Origin: Spongospora subterranea f. sp. subterranea
Lineage: Eukaryota
Length of the DNA stretch: 64,000 nucleotides
Direction of reading: 5' to 3'
Assembly: GCA_049724395.1 (NCBI GenBank)
Contig: JAUGWO010000112.1
Coordinates: 124,001-188,000 of the forward strand
Positions within the stretch are counted from its first letter, which is position 1. Each line of letters begins with the position of its first letter. A program made the translations under genes and the position numbers. The notes beneath the pieces are model-generated. The model made no database searches. It was given only the letters and a program-made list of their open reading frames with translations, and was not told the DNA's origin. This document shows positions 50,100-62,687 of the stretch, one piece after another.

Positions 50100-50950
50100 T
50101 TAATAACCCACTTTCAAAACTGCGCGTTTTTGCAAGAAATCTTTTCCTGGACGCAAATTGGACAATCAAAGCAAAAATGGCTTCCACTCTTTATGTGCAT
50201 CGCCCAAAGATGATATTGGGTGCCTTTTGAGAAAATTTAATTTGAAACTGGCTTGAGTCTCACCTTTTTCTGCTTTAGTTAACATTTTTGTAAAAAGCCA
50301 TGTTTTCCGGGTTACATTGAACTCGACAAAAAGACTAGAATCGTGGCCATGTTTGGTACGTGCTCGCAATTGGTGGTGCTGCTGTAGCATTGCCAATTTG
50401 AATACTTGCGATAGTCAGGAATAAAATCTCGAAAGTAGTTCAGCAGTCCAAGGTATTGTTTGCCAGACGTGGGAGTAGGCCAACTTTCAACGTTGGCGGA
50501 AATCCTACCGTTCCGGGTTTTCACCTGGAAAATAGAGGCCGACCAATGACCGCTTCCTTGAATCTCAATCACGGCAACGCGATAAGCATCAGAATGGTCG
50601 AAACTGTCGCATTCAATCCAAGGAATTGGTTCTGTATGATTTTGCGAAAGGGTGATATGCCCTATCGAAAAACGTTGGACAAAGTTTCTTTGAATGGAGT
50701 GGACGGACAATTCGGAAAAGCAGTTAAAATCTGTAGGCGCTTCCAGTCTCTTGTACGAAATTCCAGAATTTGACGATATTTTGAATGCTGCGCAGGCAAG
50801 CTTATGCTGTTCGTTGAGTGAGTCGCCAAGTTTTTCCCCAGAGAGTCAGATCTCCTTGGAAAATCTGTTCGATTCATCCAAGGTCTGGTTATACTCATGG
50901 AGTATTCCAAGTTGAGAGACAGTTCTTCTACCGTTGAGTCCAGCGAGAAT
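50100..50950 (-). mobile_element. Ty3/gypsy reverse-transcriptase remnant
   Basis: VESWPTPTSGKQYLGLLNYFRDFIPDY matches the gypsy W.P...KQL..FLG..NY.R.FI motif; FDHSDAY is an LDL.SAY-like remnant. Confidence 0.7.
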
Positions 50951-51496
50951 CTGTTAGAACCTTTGCTATAACTGTTTCATTAGGCCAATCAACTGTACGA
51001 GAGCAGAGCTGCAGGCTCAACTTCAGTAGACATGCGATTGATAACATGATCGTCGCTCGTCCTCGACTTTTGGGCGGATAACAGTTTTATGTCTACGACT
51101 TTCGGGAAGCGACGCAAACAAGGGTCGAGAATCACTCGGAGGAAAAACCCATGGTCCCATTGTCACTACAGCACTCCAGATTTCGATGTGCGGCTTAGAA
51201 CAGCCCAGATTGAACTTATGTTTTGTACTCGGCATTCATCAAGAGTTCGTGCTCTGCATCAGTTGCCTCATTTATGCACTTTCTACTGCACGGAAGTCAA
51301 ATCAGTGGCTCGTTGATTTTCCCAACCTATGTCGTCGGTATTGAATGTCTCATCTCTTTCGTGCGCCATAATTGTATCGGTGTATGACCATTGTATTTCG
51401 GCCATGATCTTGGCGAAAATACAGTTGACAGACATGACACAGGCAGTCCCAGTTACCCGTTATGTCAACAGGATTCCTTGCCCAGGAATAGATGCG

Positions 51497-52911
51497 ATGT
51501 CAACCTATGAATCGCGTTGGGCCGAGCTTGAGGTTAAGCGTCTCAGCGTGGCGTCGTCCCTCCAGGCGTTAGATTTCTCCGCTCAACGACGTGAAGCTGA
51601 GCGTGGGCGGATTGGAATTTTTTATCGCAATCAGCTCCAGCAAGCGCTAAAGCAACTGCATACCAGAAAATTTGAGACACGGCGGCTTCATCAGGTTTGG
51701 AAGCGTACTCTGCATTATCGGGAAGGGGTTGACAAGCGCTGATGAAGTTCCATCTAGGAGATGTCTAGGCGCATCGACGAACAATTGGCCATGACATGCC
51801 GACGATCACCGGGGGTACTATCCTTGAAGCAACGAAAGAGGGATCATGCCCAGCTCGTCCAAAAGCTGAAATCGGCCTGGCTGACAAGCTGCCATGACAA
51901 AACCTCGCAACGCTTGGAGGCTTCGGAACAGGACCTGGCCAAGTCAATACAGATCCGTCAACAAGAACAAGCAGCACTAGAACACCAAAATCGCAGCCGA
52001 CAGCGACTTGCTGAACAAAAAAATCGCCTGTTGGCTGATGCTCCCGTTCGCGTTGTTGTCACGGCTCACGAGTGCGAAAATGATTCTGTAAAGCCAGCGC
52101 CGAAAACAGAACAGGGACATCAGTACCCTGAGAAATTGCATAAACCTGCTTACGAACCGATTATGAAGCCCAAAATTTCCATAGTTTCGGATTCTGCTCC
52201 AGTGACAAAACCCAGACCATTGCCAACATCATCTCAGGAAACAATCATAAAGCTGAAGGAAAACGAATCGGTGGAGGTATCCATGTGGACACCGAAGGCA
52301 GGTGACCCCAATATTGGCAATCTTAAATCCCCAATACAAGTTCTGAAGCAAGTATCGACTCCCTTAGTGGATATCGCAAGGAATCCTGTCGCTGCCGTGC
52401 CGATAAATACCGACCCCAATCTCAACAAGTCTCACAATGAGACTAAGCCGATGAAGCCATTAGAACAGGTTTCACAACGTTTTTTGAGCCAGAAATAACA
52501 GGCTCAGATGGGACAGCATCTCCTCACCGTCCTCTTGGTCGGCCTATTCAAAATACCCCAGTTCTACACGTTGAGGCTGTTCAGGAATCGACATATAAAA
52601 TGGTGCCGGCACCTAAGCCTAACTCTAACTTCTCGTTGACGGGCATGATGGTGCCTGCTTCCAGCGACGATGATGAAGATACCTCAGAGGAAACAACGAC
52701 TGCTACGGTGCCTGCAAAACTCGAATACAAAACGACATCGACAATGGCGAACAAACCGCGACCGTTCTTAAATTTATCAAGTATCATTACCGGCGAGGAG
52801 AGTGACTCGGAAAGCGGTGTATCGCCAATCGAGTCACAAACGGCGCCGACGACGCTAAAAGTGACAGGAAAACCAAAGACGGTCGCTGATGAGAGCGAAT
52901 TTGATTTCTGA
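51497..52911 (+). CDS. Coiled-coil plus low-complexity protein, weakly Kizuna(KIZ)-like, 3 exons
   Basis: GT-AG-joined ORFs 51329-51742, 51761-52498 and 52600-52911; N-terminal coiled coil (ELEVKRLSVASSL...) and acidic aromatic end DESEFDF*. Family call is tentative. Confidence 0.5.
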
Positions 52912-52949
52912 TGGCTTCTTTCGATTGGAAAATAACAGTGTTTGCTCTG

Positions 52950-53550
52950 TCAATAAATATGTGGTGCAATTCAAAACACCTCTAGGGCGTGAAAAGGATG
53001 CTAGCGCGAAGATCATGTTGAAAAGAGATAAATTAACAAAGGGACAGGCCTGTGATTTCTGGGTCTCAAACGAATATTTTCCCCTCATGGGGCACAACAA
53101 TAGTTTTTTATAACATCTTTGCTGATATTGGTTTATGGACATGTTCGTTTTGATTTTGGTTGGTTTGTCCATGTATTCATACATTTGACCAGCAAATTCG
53201 TCGGCATTAACCCTCAAGAGTGAGGCTAGCATCTTATCAGCTCCCCATTCCCTTATGTAGGAACTCCAGATTGGCCGAGAGTCGGATTTGCGCCATCAAA
53301 GAAACCAACACTGATATGCCCAGTCGAATTGTGCAAAAGTTGCGGAATACAACTTCCTGATCATGAACGAACAGCAACGCAGACCTTATTCCCAAATCAT
53401 CATGAACGCATAAATAATCTCCATTCGCCACGGAAGCGCGAAACTGATTCTACATGGGGTGCGGGTCATGCGAAAAATCTATTCTTGTAAACACATAAGA
53501 AATCGAAATTCTTCGACTTGCAAAGGAGCTCTCCTGAAGAGACATGATAG
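52950..53550 (-). mobile_element. PIF/Harbinger DDE transposase remnant
   Basis: ISVGFFDGA (cf. CIGAIDGT) and EFLHKGMGS**D (cf. F.Y..AGWEGSA.D); many stops. Confidence 0.35.
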
Positions 53551-53778
53551 TATTCAGGAAAGGAAAATAAACACTGTTTATCAGTGATATCCACAAGTCA
53601 CACTGTGTACAGTTGACCTGCAGACCGTTACCGTCACTGGGTCGGGCTCACCCTCAGTGTGTTGGGTCCTTTGCAATCTAGAGTCCGCGCATCGGAAGAG
53701 AGCGGCTGCCCATTTGACTCTCATTTGCACCAAGTGCCGGATAAGGGATTAGGTCTGAAGCGGCTCAGAGGTTTCAAC

Positions 53779-56700
53779 ATGTCCAACGCAACGGCCGATG
53801 CCGAAGCGATCAGCGAAGCTATTAGCTCTGTTCTGGAAGTGACAGTGACCCCGCCTACCAAGGCGAGAAAACCGTCGTCTTTTGTATTCTTATCCGAGCT
53901 TGGTGCTGATTGTGAACGACTCTCGTTAGAAGTTCTTGATTTAGCCCTTCTTGAACGCATGCAGATTGGGAACTTTACCAGCCAGCGTACTCACTTTGAT
54001 TATCTGGTGAGGTCATTTGAGAAAGCGGCGACGTTATCTGACCCTGCGACGTCCAATGCACTGTGCTCGAGATTGGCGTCGTTCTCTGTATTAACATTGG
54101 CCTCAGAGCTAATCGATGCCTCACACCGAGAGAAATCATTGCAGACGTTTTTTCGATTGCTGTCAGCCGATCCCAAGAGAAATCGTGCGCTTCCGCCCAA
54201 TTTCGTCAAATCAATGATCGACGATGATCAGGATACTGTTACATCTAATTTGCTGTTCCAAAGCGTTTTCGAATCTATAAATCGACAGATAACAGTAGCG
54301 ACCAAACTTGATGATGCAGTTATCCCGGTCAGAGCTTTGAAACATATTCTTGAAGCTAATGGCGCCGTCGCATTCTTTGTCAATAGCCGTTTTTTCAAGG
54401 TTTGTTATCAACCCTTTCAGTGGAAGGTTTGGTCGGTTATTAAGGATTTGTAGATTACCGTCCATCCTGGTATTACAGGAGCAATGTGCGTTCGTCAAAC
54501 AATACTTGGTCGCGTACTATGTCTGAGCAGTCTTCCATTAACCGGTCTAAGTTCCACGACGGAAGACCAGGTCAACAGTTGGTCCCAAGAGGTTCAGTCG
54601 ATCGCGGGTGCTGTCATTTCCCAAGTTCACTTGGTTGGTGCTACATAACTTCGTATCTCCTGTAGTTTTAACAGTTTTTATAGATTATCAATAAAATCTT
54701 TGTTGGAGGTGCGAATTGCCTCACTGCCGTTTTAGAATGGTTTTCAACAATTGTCGAACTCAACGCTGCACGAGGGCAGATGAGGTTTCAGTGTGTCAAT
54801 CTGCTGTAACTGTTTGTGACATCGTCATCAGGTTCGACCCGATGAAAGTCGCCTCCGATTCGTTTTTTATCAACTTTTCCTCGCTATTGCTACGTTTAAT
54901 GAAGCCCATTGTTGCTGCTAATCAGAAAACTGGTAATCCAGCTCTTCCTCATTGACTCGTAGTTGTTTGTTGATCCTATTCGAACATAGGCTCAAGTCGA
55001 ATGGATCTTGTCGATCTCCGATATTGTATCGATTCTAGAGTCCCCCCTGATGTGCTGCTGTCGCTCCAGGAAACTACTCGATTGAATATGTCAACAGACA
55101 TGCTTGGGGAACTTACCAACTCGCAGCAGCTTGAAACCTATCACTTTGTTACCCATATGATGTTCATCGGATTTAGGGGTTTACATTTGGTATTTCTTGT
55201 CGAGGTACTGCGAATTATATGGACCTGATGTAATCTTAGGGAATCATCAAAGCATTCAAATCATTTGAAGACCTGAGCAGATTTATTCATGACCGCCGAG
55301 ATATTGTCAGTCGAATGGAGCATTCATCGGATCCAATGCAACAAGCTGTCGCTCGACGAGAGCGTGCTGCGCTTGGTATTGTGCTCTACCATCATAGATG
55401 TTTGCCATTTTCTGACGCTGTTTTGAACAGATCAGGCCATGGGCGCTTATGTGCTTTTAAAAGCGACAGTTATGTCTCCTCATTTAGTCAACGAGGCGTC
55501 GGATTTTTATGATAAGGTTTGCAATCGGATTATTCCAGTTTTCATTCGCATACTAACAGTTAGTAATTTACAGGTTGCGATGTGGCTTGTAAACCTCGTT
55601 AACAATGAGCATCCATTGCTTGGTGCTCTTCCTGAATATGTCGCTGGCGATGTTGTTGAATTTTTTATGTGGATTAGTAAGATAGATCCGAAGCTGCTCC
55701 ATAATCGATCCTTGCATGAGCTTCTGTCTTTCGCTATTCGATTTATGCCTGGATCGATATCGCCTTTAAAAAATCCACATCTTCGAGGTTGGACAAGTTG
55801 GGGCTGTTGCAATTATCAGTGGGCTGATGTTTGCGTCAGGCAAACTAAGTGAGCTACTATATGTTCTTCTTCCGTCGGACCGCCATCCATCGTCGTCTCA
55901 CGAGTTCGTGACGCATCCAAAGCTACGCGAGTCACTGGTGTCTGCGCTTTTAGATTTATTTGTTGGTTTACATTCATAACGACTATGTGCTATCCTGAAA
56001 CAACATACCGCCCAGGTTGAAGTCGAAGGAACTCATGACAAACTAAGCTCCCGTTTTATGATTGGTGAGCTTTTGTCCTTTTTGTGGCAATATCCAGTTA
56101 GTGACAGGGTTATTCACTTTCCTATGTTCAATCCTTGAGCCCTTTTACAGCACCATCGCGAGAAGTTCCAAACGTGTGCAGCAATTGATTCGTTCGCGAA
56201 ATTTCTAAACATGTTAATCAATGACGCCGTGTTCTTGCTCGATGAATCGTTGAAGACATTACGAGCAGTCCGTCAGGGTATGGTTCCTTCTTGAGGCATA
56301 GTGTCATGCTTGGTGTAACACATTCTTTAGGTCAAGAGAGAAGATTCAAAATCGAGCAGCTATGGCCGCACTTTCTCCTCAAGAATCTGACACATTTCAA
56401 CAGGTTGAAGTTTATTGGTCGTAGCAAGCATCTCGTCTCAAGGTGTGCTCACCATTCAGGGGTGTTGTGCGACAGGAATTTTCGCGAAACGAGGATATGG
56501 CTCAATCGTATTGTAAATTGGCAAATATCGGCGTGAAAACACTGCAATATTTAACTCAGGATCAGCAGATCCGACCTTGGGTAGCAAATGCTACAAAGAA
56601 TTTCACTGCGCTTTTGCTGATATTTATTTAGTTCATCACGCCGCAGTTCGTCGACCGAATGGCGCAAATGCTCGATTACTATCTTGTGGTTTTGATTGGC

Positions 56701-57426
56701 CCCGAAGTCCTTGAAATCAATGTCAACGACCCTGGAAAGTACAATTTTACTCCCAGAAATCTTCTAACCCAAATTATCATGATTTTCATCCAACTGTCAT
56801 CTGATAATGAATTTTGCAAATGTACGTCCCTCACGATATATTTTTCCAGTTATATAACTTTGGTGCAGCCGTTGCACTTGATGAGCGAAGTTATAAGCCT
56901 AATTTGTTTCGTCAGGTGTGTCCCAGCACGATTTTTGCTTATTAATTTTTTTTACCGAATATTTCAGGCGTACCGCGTCTGTTCGAAAAGGTCGTTGCTA
57001 TCGACGACAGATTCTGGTCATTTTCTAGAAGCATTAGAAAAAATCGCGAAACTCAAGGCGAAACAGGAGGACGATGATTCTCATCTTGAAGACCCGCCTG
57101 ATGAATTTCTGGATCCCATTATGCAGGTCATTAATTTATTGTTGTTTGTTACCTGTGCTTTATCTGTTCGTCGTAGAGTTTGATGCGGGACCCTGTTATC
57201 CTCCCAGTTTCGAGGCAAATTGTCGATCGTCCTGTCATTGAACGTCATCTTCTAAACAACCCGACAGGCCAGTTTTTGCACTTTTTGTGAGTCCAGCTTT
57301 TTTTCATTGACTTCTTGATTAGATCCTTTCAATCGACAGCCCTTGAGCATCGACGAGGTTGTTCCTGATACCGAACTCAAGTTGCGCATTGATGCATGGA
57401 TCTTGTCACGGATCAAGAAAGCGTGA
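53779..57426 (+). CDS. UFD2: Ubiquitin conjugation factor E4 (UFD2/UBE4B), many exons
   Basis: YHFVTHMMF, KNPHLR, FLNMLINDAVFLLDESL, RMAQMLDYYL, and U-box PPDEFLDPIMQ|SLMRDPVILP...TDPFNRQPL...ELKLRIDAW. Confidence 0.95.
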
Positions 57427-59035
57427 AGTCCATATTCTTCGCTTACCAATATATCTATTCAGGATTTATTCACGCCGACCGTTGTTTACCGACAATTATC
57501 ACATCTATTATGTTCGTTTCACTCAGCTGCGGAAATGTTGCTGGATAAACTGGCCGACCGTTTTTGAACGACCGACAACACCCTCGTGTTTACCGTAGCC
57601 AGAGGATTCAATTTTTCGCTTTAACTCAAGATGCTAACTTGTTCAACGATTTTCAATTGCTCGAAACCTGTATGTATTGATGTTATCGGTAGCATTGAGA
57701 CTTCCAGTTGTAAGTCTCTAGTGTAGAGTTATCATTTTGCACACGATTATTCATTTACAAGTGTACCCTTTTACTGTGGCGAATACTCTTATGAAATCAC
57801 ATCAACCTCAATCGCGCAGTTTGAGATGAAGCATCTACCATAGACTCTTTTATTACCGATGATAACTTTCTCAAATTCTGATCTTTTCTTCAACTAATAC
57901 GAGTGGATTCACTGATATCCATTCTAAGTCTTAGAACTGATAGGTCGCCTTTCGACAAATACTCAATTAAAGGCATTGAATTTGCTGAAGATTTGAGCAA
58001 ACCAAATCTACAACTGGACATCCTGTAAGCGTAATTTTGGTGCAGTAATGCATAAAATATGGTAACTTTGATCGCCATCAAAAACTGTTTCTTCCACACA
58101 AAGCTGTTTGGAGCTAGCGGGTTAGTTAACGGTGAAGACATAATGGGTGATACAAGCAAATGAAGTTGGTCAGACACTCGCCGAATAGCTCGCTCAAGAT
58201 TTAGCAGAATCAATGCCTGTAGATGAATATTTGTCGAAAGACGACGAGTTTGAGGTCCATCAGGAGTTTGACGAAGCTGGGATTTTGCGGGTCCTATGGA
58301 GGTCAATTCCGAAGCAAATGACGACATTGAAAATGCATTGGGCGAGATCATATCACTTCGACGCTTCTAAATGGCTTCAGCAAGCAGCAACGCGAGCTAA
58401 GTCGGCAATTGTGGGCATCTAAACAAATCCTGTTAACTTGAATATTGCAGCGGTACTGAAACACTCACTAATTCGTGGAATAAACAAAGTCGCAAAATAC
58501 AATGGGCAGAGGAAACAAATCGATATTCGTTGTTTCTTCCAATATAAATCGGAATGATAGCTGCAAACATCGCTCATGGGATTTGATCAGTACTCTCTTA
58601 TAGTTTGGTAAAAATTCGTATCAGTTGTTACTGTAACTACTCCCAGATAATTAGTTATGAATCATACAGAACAAATATCGGGAAATCCACTTGTATCAGT
58701 TATACGAGAATATAAGCATTAGAATGATCGGTAATATGAGAATATACCAGTGTAGTTTCGGCGTTGATGAGGATGCAATCAAAGGCCGCTGGACTCTGCA
58801 GAAATCCCATGCAAAAATGGCATTTGGCCAATCATAGGGGAGCAGAGTTGATGTATAGGGTGATCATCTCAAACCTCAATCAAATCAGTGGGTCCCTATC
58901 ACCAGGACCAAATAACCATCGGTCGGATCAAGGCAAATAACTCACGTCAGTTTGTCCACCCATCATCTTCTCTGGTCAACTCCATACCGATTTTGTTTAT
59001 CAAGAGCCGGACCTTAGCCATGGCGATGCCATCCG

Positions 59036-59760
59036 ATGCCACAATTGCACGACCGGCATCGTACGAATGCTTTATGCCTGTTGGCGAACAAGTTCATCCG
59101 TATTCCCCTGGCGAGACTGCTGCAGAAATCAAATCAAATCCCAAATTCTGCCCATTTTTTAAAAACTGTCGAATGGCTTTCGACGGAACACAGATTCCCG
59201 CCCATGTTTTTGGAGTCTGAAGCCAAACCGTATTGAAACCGTGAGGGTTTCATCAATCAGAACGTGTTTGCTGCGTGTTCCTTTGATTTGATGGTCAATA
59301 GTCTAATCTGATTTGGCTTTGTTCTCATTTGACTCAGGTTCACATACTTCGACAGTTTTAAAAAAATGGGTAGAACTTGGGATAATTGTATTTTTGCAGA
59401 AATTTCGCCAGTAGGAATACGGATGAACTTTTTCGCCAACAGGCAATGAAGTATTCGTCACCTTCAGAAGAACTCTGCCAGTAAACAAGCTTTCAGATTA
59501 GACATTGGTATATGATTTTATCACCGGCTAATCGTCTCGCCATTTTATTGAAACCGTTCCTGTACATGCCGGTTTCTGGCACTTTGCGACACAGTGAACA
59601 GAAATGTTGCTAGCCGCTCTTGAACATTTATACTTTGTTGGTAAAAGCAATCCAGAATCGGTCAACATTGCCTTGAGACCAACATTGCAACACATTTTTG
59701 GGGTAAAAAACACAGAGACCATGGACAACTTATGTCGCATTATGCACTTTTCCGAGGTGA
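59036..59760. mobile_element. Two convergent PIF/Harbinger transposase relics (+ 59036-59300; - 59340-59760)
   Basis: (+) FCPFFKNCRMAFDGTQIPAHV...NREGFINQNVFAACSFD. (-) TFLFTVSQSARNRHVQERFQ*NGETISR...HFFKTVE. About 100 bp is shared in inverted orientation. Confidence 0.8.
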
Positions 59761-59789
59761 AACTGTTCGAAGTTTGGAATTTGCGGATA

Positions 59790-60480
59790 TGGATTCAGTA
59801 CGGATAGAGAAGAGGAATTCTCTATGTGCTTTGCATTAGATTAGTTCTCCGTCAAGACAAACAACCCAATTTGGGCGAAACGACTTGGGGCTTTCGTTCG
59901 CAAAAAATGCGTTCGGATCTGCCCTTGGGATGCTGTCGGGTTTTATTTGTTTTGGCGGTTTCACGTCGAAAGTGAGCTATTTCCTGTTTTCACTACGAGC
60001 GAAGACTAGTTCAATCTTAAGTTTGTCAAAAGCGGCAAAATCCAAGAACTCCTCTCGACACAAGACTCACAAGGAAATTAATTGATTTCTGCGTTCCGGT
60101 CAGTTAAATTGAATGCCAAATCCAAGACTCACGCTGGCCGAGGTTCCGGAGCAAGGATGGCTGAATTAGGTGTCGCATCAAAAGATCCCGCAGATTCGTC
60201 GTCCCGGAAGGTGGAAACAATTAGGCGACGAAAAACTGTTACCTTACTTTTTTGCCTCGAGAAGCCATCAGAACTCTGGCCGGATTTTCCCCGGCGCAAG
60301 GAAACTTCTATCTCCAGCGTGCCGCAATTGAACCTCCTGAATGCATATCCGCAAATTTCAGACTTCGAACAGTTTCGCCTGGGAGAAAATGCATAATGCG
60401 ACATAAAGAAGGCACAGATGTTCCAAAGATGTTGCCCATGGTCTCTGATTTTAACCCAAAACTGTGTTGTCAATGCCGTT
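59790..60480 (+). mobile_element. Crypton-type (NDC10-II-like) tyrosine-recombinase pseudogene
   Basis: Frameshifted fragments ICPWDAVGFYLFWRFHVESELFPVF, KTHAGRGSGARMAELG, QIRRPGRW and CYLTFLPREAIRTLAGF...FYLQRAAIEPP occur in the canonical order, including the HxxR and catalytic Tyr motifs. Confidence 0.75.
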
Positions 60481-60695
60481 ACCGTCTTCATCAGCAACTC
60501 GTTACATTATTATGGCAATAATAATGTGCGCAGTGTTGATTTCCTTCATCGTGTACACTAATAAGACAACCTGTTTTTTGGTCAAAACTGACCCAATTTT
60601 GGAGCTCGTGTGTACCAGTATATCCTGCACCGTGGACCGCCGGTGCCTGGCAATATTGACCGGATTGGCGCTGGAATTGGCCCCACTGTGGCACC

Positions 60696-61548
60696 ATGAG
60701 GAGATTATTGCCTTTCCGAGCGGTTCGGTTTGCCATGGCTCGCTATTCTGGGCATGTTCATGCCATTCATACAATATCATCTGTAGTCATAATCGATCTT
60801 GTTGCTTTTTCGGCTTTTAAACCTGCTACAGTCATACCCATCAGGCGCTGTATCATGTTTTCGCCCTCGTCAAGGCGTAAACAAATGGTTCAGCTCTGCT
60901 CCTGGTAAATTCACAATATCTGTGCCATCGATGGGCGATTCTATCACGGAGGGTGAAGTGGTCGAATTAATGAAAGGGGTTGGTGATACTGTTGAAACCG
61001 ACGAAGTCGTTGCTATTCTCGAGACTGATAAAGTAAAGACGATGACGACAATATGCTGTCAGAACAATAATGTACTTTTTTGTTGTTAGGTTAGTGTCGA
61101 TATTCGTTCACCGCAAGCAGGTGTTGTTTCTGAAGTATCGGCTGAACCTGGTCAAGTTGTTAAAGTCGGTGCTCAAATATTCACGTTGGACAGTGGCGGT
61201 CAAGCGACGGCAACGTCTTCAAGCTCCGCTATGCCATCGTCAACAACCCCTCCATCGTCATCTACTCCATCGCCTTCTGTCGTATCCTCTGACAAAGCAT
61301 CTTCATCGCCACTGCAGCCTGTGTCGTCAATTAGTTCACCGCCACAAGATGATTTCGCGACGACCAATCATGCTTATCAACCAATGATTCAATTTCGTTA
61401 TGGTAATGATCGTCGGGAGCCGTCATCAATGGCTCCAACAGGTGATCTCATCTACATTCCTGTCCCAGCACAATATGCCCGAAAATACATGTCTCAGCTG
61501 GAAATTGAGGCCGTCGAATCTGGTGGCGCTACTCTGTTCATGAAATGA
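60696..61548 (+). CDS. Mitochondrial lipoyl-domain protein fused to KGD4/MRPS36-like motifs (no acyltransferase domain)
   Basis: Presequence MRRLLPFRAVRF (first intron ~60756-60831 inferred); VPSMGDSITEG...ETDK|VSVDIRSPQAG (E2o-type lipoyl domain, intron 61033-61089); Ser/Pro linker; YQPMIQFRYG...VPAQYARKYMSQLEIEAVESGGA*. Confidence 0.8.
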
Positions 61549-61790
61549 TCACATCATTTGAAGAGTTGATATTATTTATCTGGATTAACTCCATCAACAG
61601 CCATTTAAATCATAAGTTCATAAATCATTTGTAAGATTCGAAAAAAAATCTGGGCTCGCAGTCAATATTCACTTGAAGTGACATCAACTTAAATATGGCG
61701 CTAAATGTTCGCAGAAATACACCGTCATAGCCTAGAGAATACTAATGAAAAACTGAGGATTTGTTTAGAGTGAAGAAGATATTGGTATGT

Positions 61791-62393
61791 TTAGAGAATG
61801 GCAGTCTGGAAAGTAGTCTGAACCCATTTCATGGCCTCAGCCTTGGTCACGCGATGCTTCTTGCCAACCCGGCTCTGTTTGTGTTTACGGCGGTTTACAC
61901 GGCCACCTGGTCGGGACAGGACCACGTAAAAGTCCATACCGTAGATACCGATGGACGGATCGTACTTGACGCCCATGTCAATGTGTTCTTCAATACCGAA
62001 ACCAAAGTTGCCGGTATCGGAGAAGTTTTTGGCCTTGAGCTCGTAGTCCTTGACACGAAGACCCAAGTTCACAATCTTCTCGGCCTTCTCTCCTCGAACA
62101 GTGACGTGAGTGGAGATCTTCTCATTACGACGGATTGAGAAGGATCGAACGGTGTATCGGGCTGAAACAGGTCAATCAGGGCGATGATGGGCCGAATGGA
62201 GTAATGGTTGATCGTGGATACCTTTGGAGAAGACTGGCTCCTGGTCGGTCAACTCTTTGAGAACAGTGGCGGCGCGGGTCAAACGATCCCCTCCTCCAAT
62301 GCAAATATTTAGGACCAGCTTCTCAATGCCGATCTTCAACATCGGGTTAGCCGACTTCTCCTTGGCGGGAGCATCCTTCATGGCGACCGACAT
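61791..62393 (-). CDS. RPL11: 60S ribosomal protein L11 (uL5), 2 exons
   Basis: IEKLVLNIC...DRLTRAA...[21 protein letters not shown]...[33 protein letters not shown]. Confidence 0.97.
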
Positions 62394-62687
62394 CCTTCAC
62401 ACGCGATGTATGAGATCGTTGTTCTGGCCGGCATGCGGACTTCACGGAGTCCGTGGTCCATATGATCTTAGCGCAATTCAAATATATTCGATCCATCTCT
62501 GCAGGACCCGGTGAAATTGTCGTCAGATGCACTTAATGTCCATCAATTGAATCGCCATATTGTGTCAATGTTAAATTCGTGATTGTAAATGATGCAATTG
62601 ATACAGATAAGGCGGACTGATATCTAGAAATGAGTTTCAAATTGATGATAGTTATTTATATGATGATGATTATATATATATTTGTAT

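Noticed and set aside
57890..58450. Pogo/Tigger-like transposase tail (MPVDEYLSKDDEFEV)
   Set aside because: Similarity too weak to call.
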